DNA of 64,000 nucleotides from an uncultured delta proteobacterium (GCA_963804165.1 CAWDPO010000025.1:96001-160000), one strand, 5' to 3'. Positions 40,064 through 50,565 are shown, numbered from the stretch's first letter. The notes: generated from the letters alone by a model not told the origin. A program made the numbers and translations.

Positions 40064-41515
40064 ATGCGTGCCATCTTTATAAGTTATCGAAGGGAAGATG
40101 CTGAAGGTCAGGCGGGTCGCTTGTTCGATGATCTTGCCAGGCAGTTTGGTGAGGACTCCGTGTTCATGGACGTGGCAGGTATTGAGCCGGGGCGCGATTT
40201 TCGCCGCGTGATCGACGAGCATGTCGCCTCTTGCGGTGTCCTGTTGGCGATGATCGGCAAGAGCTGGATCGACGCCGCGGATGAGTCGGGCCGGCGCCGC
40301 CTCGAAGATCCTATGGATTTCGTTCGTCTCGAGACCGCCTCTGCATTGAGGCGGGACATTCCGGTCGTTCCTGTGCTCGTGCATGGCGCGCGCATGCCGC
40401 GGGCGGAGCAATTGCCCCCGGATCTGGCAGAGCTCGCTTATCGCAACGGCGTCGAGCTGACGCACGCGCGCTGGGACTCCGATGTCCAGGTGCTGGTCAA
40501 GGCGCTGAGTCCTCATGTGGAATCATCGCAAAAGAACGCGGACCGAGTGAACACCACCGCGTCGGCCGATGTGCCGAGGACAACGCGGATGACGAGTACC
40601 GGCCCGGATTCCGGTGTACCGCAAACTCCCGAGCATACGCTGCTCGCTAGTGCGCACTCGGCGAAAAAGTCTCTCACAATGATCGTAGCGGGATCACTGG
40701 CCGCGCTCGTCATAGCCGGCGGCGGATACGCGTGGTATCAAAAATCTTCCTTGCGGGCCGAGATGGTGCGGCAAGCGGCTTTACTGGAGGAGGCAAAAAA
40801 GAAGGCTGCTGCCGAGGAGCTTGAAGCCAAGAAACGCGCGGAAGAGAAAGCTACAGCGGACGCCCTTGAAGCTAAAAAACAGGCCGCGGAGCAAACTATC
40901 GCGGCGGAGACCGAAGCCAAAAGACGATCGCAGGAGAAAGCGCTTGCGCAAGAACTTGAAACGAAGAGGCAAGCCCAGGAGAAGGCTTATGCCCATGAGC
41001 TCGAAGCCAAGAGACGAGCACAGGAAATAGCTGACGCTGAAGAACGTGAAAGAACAAGACTTGCGCGCGAGAAAGCTGAAGCCGACAGATTGGCCCAAAT
41101 AGCTAACACCAAGAAACGTGACGTCGAGAGACGCGATCAGGAAATCGCTGTCGCAGAGGAACGTGAAAGGATGAGACAGACAGCGCTCGCCGAGGAACGT
41201 GAAAAGATGAGACTGGCGCAGGAAAGGGCTGCCGCGGCACAGCGCGCGCGCTGGTCGTCCTATAATTTTCCACCACCGAACGGTGGGCTGCTGGTCTACA
41301 CGATCAGGTCCGATGGCAATCCGGTCTGCGCGTCCTACGACGGCGGCAGTTGCTTGTGGGGACACACTTACGATCAAATCGATTTCAAGAGACTCCGGCC
41401 ACTAGCCTGCGGTGAAGAGCATCGCGCAAAATGGGGTCTTACCGGCTACGAAAACCTCAAGCACTGGTGCAATTTGGCGAGAAGAATCAGCGCTGATCGG
41501 AGATATCTGAGATAA
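40064..41515 (+). CDS. TIR domain + single TM + helical stalk + C-terminal 4-Cys domain (receptor-like protein)
   Basis: IFISYRRED, VFMDV, IGKSW, DFVRLE, VVPVL; TM IVAGSLAALVIAGGGYAWY; E/K/A/R repeats; CASYDGGSC...LACG..H...WG.TGY....HWC; AAGGAGG RBS. Confidence 0.88.
   Translation: MRAIFISYRREDAEGQAGRLFDDLARQFGEDSVFMDVAGIEPGRDFRRVIDEHVASCGVLLAMIGKSWIDAADESGRRRLEDPMDFVRLETASALRRDIPVVPVLVHGARMPRAEQLPPDLAELAYRNGVELTHARWDSDVQVLVKALSPHVESSQKNADRVNTTASADVPRTTRMTSTGPDSGVPQTPEHTLLASAHSAKKSLTMIVAGSLAALVIAGGGYAWYQKSSLRAEMVRQAALLEEAKKKAAAEELEAKKRAEEKATADALEAKKQAAEQTIAAETEAKRRSQEKALAQELETKRQAQEKAYAHELEAKRRAQEIADAEERERTRLAREKAEADRLAQIANTKKRDVERRDQEIAVAEERERMRQTALAEEREKMRLAQERAAAAQRARWSSYNFPPPNGGLLVYTIRSDGNPVCASYDGGSCLWGHTYDQIDFKRLRPLACGEEHRAKWGLTGYENLKHWCNLARRISADRRYLR
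40811..41035 (+). repeat. Five 45-bp (15-aa) coding tandem repeats in the TIR protein stalk
   Basis: AEELEAKKRAEEKAT / ADALEAKKQAAEQTI / AAETEAKRRSQEKAL / AQELETKRQAQEKAY / AHELEAKRRAQEIAD. Confidence 0.85.
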
Positions 41516-41666
41516 GGTCGAAGCCGAAACGGTACGAGAGACCGGACGAGGTAACCCAGGCGTTTCGGAAGTGATTCTCCGGAAGTTTCCTAAGACCTGA
41601 GAATGATCGAGCCAAGCAACGAAAGTACAAAATGTCGCCGCATCCGAACCCAAACACTCTCGGTAA

Positions 41667-42518
41667 TCAGCCCGCGCCGATGAGCACGACGCCAAGCCCC
41701 GCGCACGCCAGGCCAGTAACTTGAATGCGGCGGAGCCGCTCGCCGAGAACCAAGCGCGCAAGAAGGATCGTGCTCGCGGGGTACAGCGAGGTCAGCGCGG
41801 CGGCGATGGTCAACATGCCCAGACGTGTGGCAAGGAGGTAGAGCACGTTCGCGAAGATGTCGAGCGCGCCGCCGCCGACAATCAGCCACACCGCGTCACG
41901 CCCGACGCGCAACGGCGGCCGACGGCAGAGCGCTACGACGCCGAGGAGGGCAAGCGCGGCCAGGCGCGCCGAAACGAGCGGCAAGAGGCCGGAGGCGAGA
42001 CCGCTTTGCTTAAGTGCAACGAAGAACACGCCGATCAGAACCCCGGCCGAAAGCGACGCGGCAAGACCTTGCGCGGCGCCCAGTCCTTGTTCTCTCGTGG
42101 CCTTCTGCGCTCCGTCTTGACTGATGAGCATAATTGCCGTGATGGCGAGCGCCACGCCTAAGAATGCGCTCAGTGACAAACGATCTCCGAGCACGATTCC
42201 CGCCGCGGCCGACACCACCACCGCCAATACGGCAGTGACGGGTGCGACCACACTCATCTTACCGGTCGCCAGCCCCTGGTAAAGTAGCGTCAGTCCCATG
42301 GCGAGCGCTGCACCGGCCAGGGCGCCCCAGGCGAAGTCGGTACGGGTCGCGTTTGCAGTCGGCAAAAACGGCAACATAAGGAGAAGCGTGATGAGTCCGG
42401 CGAGTTGGGAGAAGATCATCACCGCCATCACTGACGATCGTCGCGACGCCAAGCCGCCGAGAAAATCAGCGCTGCCGTACAGCGTCGCCGAGAGCAATGC
42501 AAAAAGAATCGTCGCCAT
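41667..42518 (-). CDS. EamA/DMT family transporter
   Basis: About ten TM segments; YGSADFLGG, MSVVAP, SLYPASTILLA, LGERL. Confidence 0.9.
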   Translation of the reverse strand: MATILFALLSATLYGSADFLGGLASRRSSVMAVMIFSQLAGLITLLLMLPFLPTANATRTDFAWGALAGAALAMGLTLLYQGLATGKMSVVAPVTAVLAVVVSAAAGIVLGDRLSLSAFLGVALAITAIMLISQDGAQKATREQGLGAAQGLAASLSAGVLIGVFFVALKQSGLASGLLPLVSARLAALALLGVVALCRRPPLRVGRDAVWLIVGGGALDIFANVLYLLATRLGMLTIAAALTSLYPASTILLARLVLGERLRRIQVTGLACAGLGVVLIGAG

Positions 42519-42847
42519 TGTGTTTCAGATTATCGGCTAGCTTAGTGAAGTAAAGTCGGAAACGTTTAATGGATTAGCGGGAAGACACCAGGGTTCGACT
42601 TCAATGACTCGACCATCTTTGTTGATTTATCGAAGTCTAACCCTGCTGACCCGTTCGATCTTCACCACCGCTTTCCAGCAGCTTGCGAATCGCATTGCGG
42701 TTTCCCATATCAGCGACCTCGGTGTCTCGGTGGTGCAAACTCCGGGTCTTTGTTAATTTTTCAGCGCTGGGTTGATTTTCGCAGGTTTCTCTCACAGACT
42801 TTAATAATCTTCCCATCTTTATTTTCTACTTTAGCAGAGGTGATGCG

Positions 42848-43423
42848 ATGAAGCTTTACTACAATCCGCAGAGCCGCGCGGCGATCGCCAAGTGGATGCT
42901 TGACGAGTGCAGCGCGCAATATGAAATCGTTCCAATTGATTTCGCGAAGCGGGAGCATAAGACGCCGGAGTTTCTGAAGATCAATCCCGCGGGCAAGCTG
43001 CCTGCTCTAGTCGATGGCGATTCCAAAGTCTTCGAGGGCGCGGCGATCTGCCTGTACCTGGGCGACAAATTTCCTGAAGCGAAGCTCGCGCCCAAAATCG
43101 GCGCACCGGAACGGGGCCGCTATCTTTCGTTGATGGTCTATTCGACTTCTCAACTCGAACCGGCCATGGGTGACACGTTGTTGAAGGTGGAGTCATTGCC
43201 CCAACGGGGTTGGTCGGAATTCGAAACCGTCAAGGACGTGATCGAAGGAGAGTTGGGCGATGGACCATACCTGTTCGGTGACTGGTTCACCGCCGCCGAT
43301 GTGATGATTGGCTCCATGTTCATCTGGAAGCGGATGTGGGGCGGCCCGCCGGAGCGGCCGAAGATCGAGGCGTATGTGGATTGTCTTCTCTCGCGCTCCG
43401 CAGCGATGAAGATTGGTAAGTGA
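42848..43423 (+). CDS. Glutathione S-transferase family protein
   Basis: SRA, INPAGKLPAL, EGAAICLYL, YLFGDWFTAADV. Confidence 0.92.
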   Translation: MKLYYNPQSRAAIAKWMLDECSAQYEIVPIDFAKREHKTPEFLKINPAGKLPALVDGDSKVFEGAAICLYLGDKFPEAKLAPKIGAPERGRYLSLMVYSTSQLEPAMGDTLLKVESLPQRGWSEFETVKDVIEGELGDGPYLFGDWFTAADVMIGSMFIWKRMWGGPPERPKIEAYVDCLLSRSAAMKIGK

Positions 43424-43653
43424 TCGGGCAAAAGTGATGGGGTGGGATTAGACAGTTGTGATTTGATCGCGTGTGGCAAATATCCGCTTGACGCCAATCG
43501 CGAGCTGGAGGGCCGCCAGCAGGTCGCCATGGCGATTTCAACACCGCGGCGACGAAAAGACCAAAGGGATCCAATCATTTGTTGATAGTTGTTTCAGTAC
43601 TTGTGTAGCAATGTCTGTCAACAAAGAACGGCGTTCTTTGTGACTTCGCTGGG

Positions 43654-44637
43654 CTAGCGCTTTCCTAACAACGCGCCGATGAAGCCGGAGTCGTCGAGTT
43701 CTTTGATCAAACTGTTGTCGTAGAACTGTTCCGGCTCGGCGCGGCGGGCGGCATCGCGGCGCGACATCTTGAGGGCGCGTGCGACGATTTCCTTATTCAC
43801 GTAGGGTCGGGGCGGTATATGCGGGATGCTGGTGCGGTAGCTCTCCTGGAGCACCTCCCGGTCGGCGATGCGTGAGTATTTGCCGATGATGCGTTGGGCC
43901 AAGGAGGCATCCTGGCGCAGGGCTGCCAGGGCTTCGAGATACGCCTTATAGAAGTTGATGGCCGTCACCCGGTTCTGCTTGAGCCAGCTTTCTTTGGCGG
44001 CGAGCGCGCCGTAACCGAACGGGATTCTCATCTCCATCAGATTCATGAGTTCTCTGAAGCCCAGCTTCTGAGCGATCAGGCCGTTGGGCGGAGAAATAAT
44101 CGCCGCTTCGGCGAGGCCTTGCTGCAGCGACTGCACTCGGGCGTCGGTGCCGCCGACGTAGAGAATCTTGTAATCGTTGTCTTTTAGTCCCGCCGTTTCG
44201 AGCGCATCGCGTATCCCGTAATCGGAGGCGGAGCCGGCGCTGCTGGCGGCGATGACTTTGCCCTTGAGTTGCGCCGCGCTCGTAATCGTCGGCTTGCTGA
44301 AAATTTGAAAATAGTAAGTGTCGTAAACCGAACCGATGATCGTGACATCTCCGCCGGCCAGGCGCGCTTCAACTCCGGCGTTCAGAGCGATCTGTCCAAG
44401 CTGAATGGAGTCGGATTCCAAGGCGAGGGCAATCCTCGATCCTCCGGCAAGGTAGATGAGCTCGGCGTCGATGCCATGTTTTGCAAAGAAGCCGTTGTCA
44501 CGGCCGGCCCAAAGCGGCGCCATGGTTGCCGTGATGGCGCTGTAACCGAGGCGCAGTTTGGCCGCGCTCGCGCCGTATGAGAAAGAAGTCGAAACGAGGA
44601 CCATCAAAAAGCTGAAGATCGCAACTCCTAGCCTCAT
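43654..44637 (-). CDS. ABC transporter substrate-binding protein (NMT1/SsuA/TauA-like)
   Basis: Signal peptide, GFFAKHGID, LKGKVIA, FYDNSLIKEL. Confidence 0.85.
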   Translation of the reverse strand: MRLGVAIFSFLMVLVSTSFSYGASAAKLRLGYSAITATMAPLWAGRDNGFFAKHGIDAELIYLAGGSRIALALESDSIQLGQIALNAGVEARLAGGDVTIIGSVYDTYYFQIFSKPTITSAAQLKGKVIAASSAGSASDYGIRDALETAGLKDNDYKILYVGGTDARVQSLQQGLAEAAIISPPNGLIAQKLGFRELMNLMEMRIPFGYGALAAKESWLKQNRVTAINFYKAYLEALAALRQDASLAQRIIGKYSRIADREVLQESYRTSIPHIPPRPYVNKEIVARALKMSRRDAARRAEPEQFYDNSLIKELDDSGFIGALLGKR

Positions 44638-44810
44638 GGGACCTCCGTCGATTGTGTTCAACAGGGTAGCCGTCATCGTGGCTGTGACTCTATCACAAGC
44701 CCGGAAACGATCAGTACTCTGTCGCGACTCTTTTTTGTCGACAGCGAAACCGGTCGCGCGATAACGGAATGGCGAGGCTCCCGACACCTTTAAATGGGAG
44801 GCATCCGGAG

Positions 44811-44881
44811 ACTCCGATCATCGATTCGGACGCTCATGTGTCGAAAGTGAGCGCCTCTGGGGCTTCATGGAGAAAGCTGAT
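44811..44881 (+). pseudogene. 5' remnant of an amidohydrolase_2 family gene
   Basis: TPIIDSDAHV/VESERLWGFMEKAD with a one-base deletion, GGGAGG upstream, no start codon and no continuation. Confidence 0.55.
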
Positions 44882-44924
44882 GGCGCGCGACGAAGGCGGC
44901 AGTGTAGTCACCTATTAGGGCAAG

Positions 44925-45012
44925 TCAGCAGGTTCAGATCACTAGCTTTGCTGTTCTTATATTTAACTTTGAAAAATCGCCTGAAGTGCTCAGAAATTCC
45001 TGGGATGGGATG
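44925..45012 (+). repeat. Copy A of an 88-bp diverged intergenic direct repeat
   Basis: Ungapped match to 54855-54942, 68 of 88 identical by hand count. Confidence 0.85.
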
Positions 45013-45157
45013 TTTATTTGTCTTTGCGAAGTCACGAAATGGTCCACTGTAGTGGTTAGATCTTTTCTTCGTATTGTTTCTGGTACTTGGCGAGACGTTC
45101 AAAAATCGAAGATCTGATCACCCCAATGTCCAATTTTTCCGGTGCAGATTACGCTGT

Positions 45158-45796
45158 CTATTTGTCTTGCAAGACCAGTTCGTTTGAAACCTCAGAATCA
45201 GAAAGCCATTCGATCCGCACGGTAGTTATCCCCCGTCCCACCATGTCTAGTGCCCGTGCCGCAGATCGGGAGACGTCGATGATGCGACCTTTGCCAAACG
45301 GGCCGCGATCATTAATCCGCACGTCAACTGATTTCCCATTGGCTAGATTGGTGACTTTCACTCGACTGCCCCAGGGAAGAGTTCGATGAGCCGCCGTGAA
45401 TTTCTCCTGGTTAAAAACTTCTCCGCTCGCGGTGCGCTTGCCGTGAAATTTTGGTCCGTACCACGAGGCCAGACCCGTCTCCATCATCGTTGGTTGCGCA
45501 GGTGCGGGAATGCCTACAATTGGCGGGGACTGTTCGGTTTGCGGTGGGGAAGGGACGTCGGCTACTGGCGGAATCTCATGCGGAGAGATATGCGTCGGCG
45601 GCTCGTCGGAAGAATTGTCCGTCTGAGACTCCGAAGGTGAGACTCCTCTCGTCGACACGGCGCGGTTAGGCGCATCTGAGATGACGGCACAACCTTGAGA
45701 AGAGATTAGCGCCGCCATCAGTACCAAGGCGTTTACCCGCAACTCGAAGGCCACTACTTGGGGAGGCGAAATTGATCCGCGAAATAAATATTGCAT
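45158..45796 (-). CDS. rlpA: RlpA-family lytic transglycosylase lipoprotein (DPBB domain, no SPOR domain)
   Basis: Lipobox-like SQGC; [34 protein letters not shown]. Confidence 0.88.
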   Translation of the reverse strand: MQYLFRGSISPPQVVAFELRVNALVLMAALISSQGCAVISDAPNRAVSTRGVSPSESQTDNSSDEPPTHISPHEIPPVADVPSPPQTEQSPPIVGIPAPAQPTMMETGLASWYGPKFHGKRTASGEVFNQEKFTAAHRTLPWGSRVKVTNLANGKSVDVRINDRGPFGKGRIIDVSRSAARALDMVGRGITTVRIEWLSDSEVSNELVLQDK

Positions 45797-45820
45797 GGGT
45801 CACCGCGAAGAATATCGTTC

Positions 45821-45836
45821 AGCAACGACCATGCCC
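45821..45836 (-). promoter_or_regulatory. Possible sigma54 promoter for rlpA
   Basis: Minus strand GGGCATGGTCGTTGCT fits GG-N10-GC, 25 bp upstream of the ATG. Confidence 0.4.
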
Positions 45837-46368
45837 CCAAAGAATTAGGTGACAGCGGTAGCTAAAATGGCCAAAAGAGCCGGATGCAGCACATTAGACG
45901 ACAGGGGAACAGCGAGAATAGTGTGGGTTCGTACAACGCTGAACGCGGTACGAAAATGTTCTTTTCAACGATGTCAGAGCACCAACGGACTTGAGCGACA
46001 CGGAAGATGCTTCAGCGCCAGCAAGATATCGCGCGTCAAGTTGCTTACAGGCCGGCTGGCCCACTGTGGCCTATTGGACTTTGGAAAATGTCGGATCTGC
46101 GGATTTTCGGTAAAGGTCAGATCATCGGGTCAAAGCGTTCATGGGCAAAATCTTTACTTCTGCAGTTTCGACTCTCTAGCTGCTGATCCGCGCTAGAATT
46201 CTATAACGATACAACCCAGACTCCAGCGACATCGTAGCCGCAACAAAAATACTTTGCCTCCACGGGTCTACTAGGTTGTCTCATCCGCCAGCGGCAGCAC
46301 GCCGGTGGGGATTGTGACACCGATTTGTTTCGCAGTTACAGTTTGATTGCAGGAGTTTTCTACGTCCA

Positions 46369-48852
46369 TTATTTTTCCTGCAGATACCGCTCACGTTCCA
46401 GCTGTTCTCGCTCGCGCTGCTCACGTTTCTGCCGCAATAGCTCAAAGAGGCGTTCCTTCTCGCGTTGCCTTTCCAGCCTTCTCTGCTCTTCCGCATCTTG
46501 GAATCGATCTCTCTCTCGTTGCAGTTGTTCTGGCCGCGGCGTTTCACGCCCTAGGTCACGGCTTGGCGGCGGCGGGACGGGGACGGATCTGGCCCTTTCT
46601 CCGAGCCACCAGTCTCTTAGCGTGTCCAAGAATGGTTCCAAGAAGGAGTCGCGTGGTCTTGAATACGGGAATTGAGCGCCGGTGTCGATTAGTCGCGCGT
46701 CAAGAATATGCTGAAAAAAATCTCCGACCAACAAGACGGCGTTGTGCCCGCCCTCGCCCCAATAATTGCTGCGCATAGTGACCCGCTGGTCATTGAAGCC
46801 GACCCACGCCCCGGCGACGAGTTGCGGGTGCATCAAGATAAACCAGCCGTCGGTATTTTTTTGGGTGGTGCCGGTCTTCCCCGCGACATCGGCGCGCACG
46901 CCGAATCGAGTTCTTATTACCTGCCCGGTGCCTTTATCGATTGCGTCGCGCATCATGTTGATCAAATTTTCCACCGTTTGGTCGGATAGGACGCGCGTGC
47001 TCTCGTTCTCGAATCTGGCAAGCACGTTGCCATTCTTGTCGGTGATGCGGGTGATAAATATCGGCTGGCGGTATGCCCCCCGGGCCGCGAGGGTGCTGTA
47101 AGCGGCGACCATTTCGAATGGTGTGACCGGACTGGTGCCGAGCGCCAAGGACGGCACTTCTTCGAGCCTGCTTTGATTGATTCCCATTCGCCGCGCAAGT
47201 TCCGCAGTTCTTCTCGGACCGATTTCCTGCATGACCTGGGCGGTGATGGTGTTTTTCGAATAGATAAGGCCGTCGCGTGCTGTCATCGATTCACCAGTCG
47301 GCTCCGATAGATCGGCGGGGCGCCATACGCTGCCGTCTGGCAAGGGAATTTCGACTGGGCGGTCGATAAAACGTTTCTCCGGTGACATGCCGTGCTCGAG
47401 CGCGGCGCCGTAAACAAAGGGTTTAAACGTCGAACCGGGCTGGCGCCGCGCTTGCGCTACGTGATCGAATTGGTCGGTATTGAAGTCACGGCTGCCGACC
47501 CACGCTTTTACGTGACCGGTGGCCGGATCGATGGCGACGAAGCCCGCCTGCAAGCGTGTTTTGTCGGCGCGGAGCTTAGCGATGAATTTGCGATCGTTTT
47601 TCAACTGCGCGAGTGCGGCTTCCGGCGTCGTGCCGGCATCGATCGCGCTACGGTAAGCCGCGGATTCTCGAATGAACACGTCGATCAGGCCGGCCTTGGT
47701 TTTCCAAAAATATCCGAAAGGCTGGATACGCCGTCGCATGCCGACGTACGTATTCACGCTCGACGACATGAGTCCCGCGGAGCTCATTCCCCACTCTACG
47801 TCGGCGACCGTCTGCAGGGCCGTTATTTGAAGAGTTACGGCTTGATTGGCAAGCGCCTGCAAACGCGAGTCGATGGTGGTGTGCACGACCAATCCGTCGG
47901 AATAAATATCGCGGTCGTTGCGGTCCGCCCAATCGATCAGCCATTTACGAATCTGCACGGCAAGATGAGGCGCGGGGCCGACTGCTTCGGGCTGGCGTTC
48001 GAAATTCAGCGGTATCGGCCGGCCTTTTAACCTATCGAAATCGGCTTGGCTCAAGGCGCCGCGCTTGAACATTTGCGCCAGCACCACGTTGCGGCGCGCC
48101 AGCGCGCGCTCGGGGTTGAGCACCGGGTTGTAGTAGCTCGTGCCTTTTAACATGGCGATCAAGGTGGCGCTTTCAATGACATTGAGTTTTTGCGCGGGCT
48201 TGTCGAAGTAAGTGCGCGCAGCCATTTCGATACCGAACGCGTTGTATAAAAAAGGAATCGTATTGAGATAGGTTTCGAGGATTTCTTTTTTCGTGTAGGC
48301 GTATTCGATCTTGATAGCGGTAATCATCTCCTTAATCTTTCGCGTGATCGTCCGCTGTCGGCCGATTTCCGGATAGAGGTTGCGCGCGAGTTGCTGGGTT
48401 AGCGTGGAACCGCCCTCCGCATCTCCGCCGAAGGCACGCAGGAGTCCGGTCGCGGTGCGCACGAAATCGACACCGACGTGTTGGTAAAATCGGTGGTCTT
48501 CCGTGGCGATCAAGGCAGCGATCACGTGCGGCGAGATTTGATTTAAGCGCACCCACTCGCGGTTCATCGGCTTGAGAGTGGCGAGACGCCTGCCATCGGA
48601 TGACATCAGCACGGCGGGCTGGTCGATTCTGGCTTTTCGTATATCGGAAATACTCGGCGTGAACGGCAGCAAAATCAGGGCGTACCCGCACAACGCCGCC
48701 AGTCCAAGCGCGCCCAAAACGGCAAAGCCTTTGGCGCCGGAAATAATCTTGGCGCGCATACTCAGGGCAGGATTGATTGTAGCCCTGAAGTAGCCGGCGA
48801 ACCGCCGGTACAAGCGTCTCAATCGTGCGGCAGGCCGTAACTTCTCAGCCAC
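46369..48852 (-). CDS. Class A penicillin-binding protein (PBP1A family) with a charged C-terminal tail
   Basis: EDHRFYQH, GGSTLTQQLARNL, RKIKE, STFK, SKN, KTGT. Confidence 0.92.
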   Translation of the reverse strand: MAEKLRPAARLRRLYRRFAGYFRATINPALSMRAKIISGAKGFAVLGALGLAALCGYALILLPFTPSISDIRKARIDQPAVLMSSDGRRLATLKPMNREWVRLNQISPHVIAALIATEDHRFYQHVGVDFVRTATGLLRAFGGDAEGGSTLTQQLARNLYPEIGRQRTITRKIKEMITAIKIEYAYTKKEILETYLNTIPFLYNAFGIEMAARTYFDKPAQKLNVIESATLIAMLKGTSYYNPVLNPERALARRNVVLAQMFKRGALSQADFDRLKGRPIPLNFERQPEAVGPAPHLAVQIRKWLIDWADRNDRDIYSDGLVVHTTIDSRLQALANQAVTLQITALQTVADVEWGMSSAGLMSSSVNTYVGMRRRIQPFGYFWKTKAGLIDVFIRESAAYRSAIDAGTTPEAALAQLKNDRKFIAKLRADKTRLQAGFVAIDPATGHVKAWVGSRDFNTDQFDHVAQARRQPGSTFKPFVYGAALEHGMSPEKRFIDRPVEIPLPDGSVWRPADLSEPTGESMTARDGLIYSKNTITAQVMQEIGPRRTAELARRMGINQSRLEEVPSLALGTSPVTPFEMVAAYSTLAARGAYRQPIFITRITDKNGNVLARFENESTRVLSDQTVENLINMMRDAIDKGTGQVIRTRFGVRADVAGKTGTTQKNTDGWFILMHPQLVAGAWVGFNDQRVTMRSNYWGEGGHNAVLLVGDFFQHILDARLIDTGAQFPYSRPRDSFLEPFLDTLRDWWLGERARSVPVPPPPSRDLGRETPRPEQLQRERDRFQDAEEQRRLERQREKERLFELLRQKREQREREQLERERYLQEK

Positions 48853-49263
48853 TGTTATTCTCTAAGTTTTTCGCGACACCGAAAAGGTCGCGAGAACTGG
48901 CTCGATGATAGATACCGAGCTTGAGGCGGATTAACTGTGTAGCTATTTGGCGGGGGGCTCCAGACCACGCTGTCGCATGCCACTGCTCGATGACGGTTTC
49001 CCGTTCGGAACTCTCAACTCTCACAACGTAAAGCAAAGCACGCGGAAGACCCGCTCGCAACGAGGTCCGATAATCATCGGCATCGGCGAATGACCTGCAT
49101 CGGTAAGAGGTGGGCTGACGTGAAACGCGAGATTTAATCTTGTCCAGCGATTATCGGAGTGAGGCAATTTCACCCTTCACCTCAAATCCGAGGCGGAGCC
49201 TGACCATGCGCTGCGGATAAAATACGCTCAGAATTTAATGACTACGATGAACGTGCGCAAGAG

Positions 49264-50565
49264 TTATCGTCCGATCTCCTTTAGTGCTCGCAACACCGCG
49301 CTCATGGTCTGAAGCCACCAGGTGATGGATACCATCGGATCGGAGAAAAAATGACTGAAATAAAGATTGTAAACTTTTCTGTTACTGTGGAGATAAGTCT
49401 CCTGATACGACCTCATCAATTCTCTAAGGCTCAAGGGAGCGTTCAACGGATCACGCGGACGCGCGGTGCCCAAAGCGGCACGAACCTTGTAGAACAGCAG
49501 GTCGAGAAGCTTGATCCATAAACTGATCAGGTCTTCGATGGGACAGAGAAGCATGGTCCCGGCGGGCCAACTTTCGACTGCTTCCACGGCCTCGCTCCGC
49601 GCCACTTTCAAGGTCAGCAGAGGTTCATTGATGCCGCTAGCCACCATTTGCCACCTGCCCTCACCGATCCGTGGATTGATCTCCATAAGCTTCGGCACGC
49701 CGGTGAGAGGATCAACTTTCATCTGAATCGCCATCCCTCCCCACCAGCCTATCCTATTTGCAAACGCCGTGGCCTGGGTGAGGTAAGGGCTAGGGCCGAG
49801 CGCGCGGCGCGCCAGTGGAAAGTTCGCATGCAGTCGATAAAATGAACGCACGTTCTCGCTGGTGAGCGCCATCTTCAACGCTCCCTTGCGATCTAAAGCG
49901 AGCAACAAGTTTTGTTGTTCTCTTCCGGAGATATACTCCCGTATCATGTAAGTGTTCTCGCCTTTGAGCCGTTCTGCCTTGCCGCAAAACTCCGACCAAT
50001 TGCGCACGATCTCGAAGCCGCGGCCCGCGGCTGTAAAGCGGTGCTTGAGCACGAATGGAAAGCCGAGTTCATCAGCAATCGTTTTCAAGTCTTTGTCGCC
50101 GTCCAGCAAATAGGTCTTCGGACACGGGAAGCCGGTCTCTTGCGCGGCTTGAATCGTTCGATACTTGTCCAACGGAATGACGACGACGTCATAGTCCGGC
50201 ACGGGGATGACAATCCCCAGCTTTTCAAACCGCTCTTTGTTCTTGGAAAAGACATAGACCTGTGGATCAAACGATGGGAAAATCGTGTCGATGTTTTCTT
50301 TCTCGCAGATCTTTAAGACCGCCTGGATATAAAGCTCCTCTTTCGCCGTGTTCTGTCTCTGTATTTTCCCGGCACGCCAGTCCTCCGCCGGCGACGGAAC
50401 ATAGTAACGCTCGTCTACCAAACGGGAATTTGCCGCGTGGGAAAGCCTCGCGGCGAAACGGTTTTGTCCGGACATCGTCACAACAATCTTTTTAGCGTAC
50501 GGACGCAAGGCGCGAATGACAGAATAAGCTTGCGAGTTACGGGTGTTTGTGACGAGCAAATTCAT
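49264..50565 (-). CDS. ATP-grasp (carboxylate-amine ligase) protein
   Basis: LDKYRT, GFPFVLK, IREYISG, QMKVDP, LMEINPR. Confidence 0.85.
   Translation of the reverse strand: MNLLVTNTRNSQAYSVIRALRPYAKKIVVTMSGQNRFAARLSHAANSRLVDERYYVPSPAEDWRAGKIQRQNTAKEELYIQAVLKICEKENIDTIFPSFDPQVYVFSKNKERFEKLGIVIPVPDYDVVVIPLDKYRTIQAAQETGFPCPKTYLLDGDKDLKTIADELGFPFVLKHRFTAAGRGFEIVRNWSEFCGKAERLKGENTYMIREYISGREQQNLLLALDRKGALKMALTSENVRSFYRLHANFPLARRALGPSPYLTQATAFANRIGWWGGMAIQMKVDPLTGVPKLMEINPRIGEGRWQMVASGINEPLLTLKVARSEAVEAVESWPAGTMLLCPIEDLISLWIKLLDLLFYKVRAALGTARPRDPLNAPLSLRELMRSYQETYLHSNRKVYNLYFSHFFSDPMVSITWWLQTMSAVLRALKEIGR

Noticed and set aside
40064-41515. Thoeris or CBASS defence operon
   Set aside because: No ThsA (SIR2/Macro), cyclase or STING gene is adjacent; the neighbours are chromate and EamA transporters
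44908-45102. 64-aa minus-strand ORF over repeat copy A as a real gene
   Set aside because: The equivalent frame in copy B has a stop codon, and the substitutions are not codon-patterned
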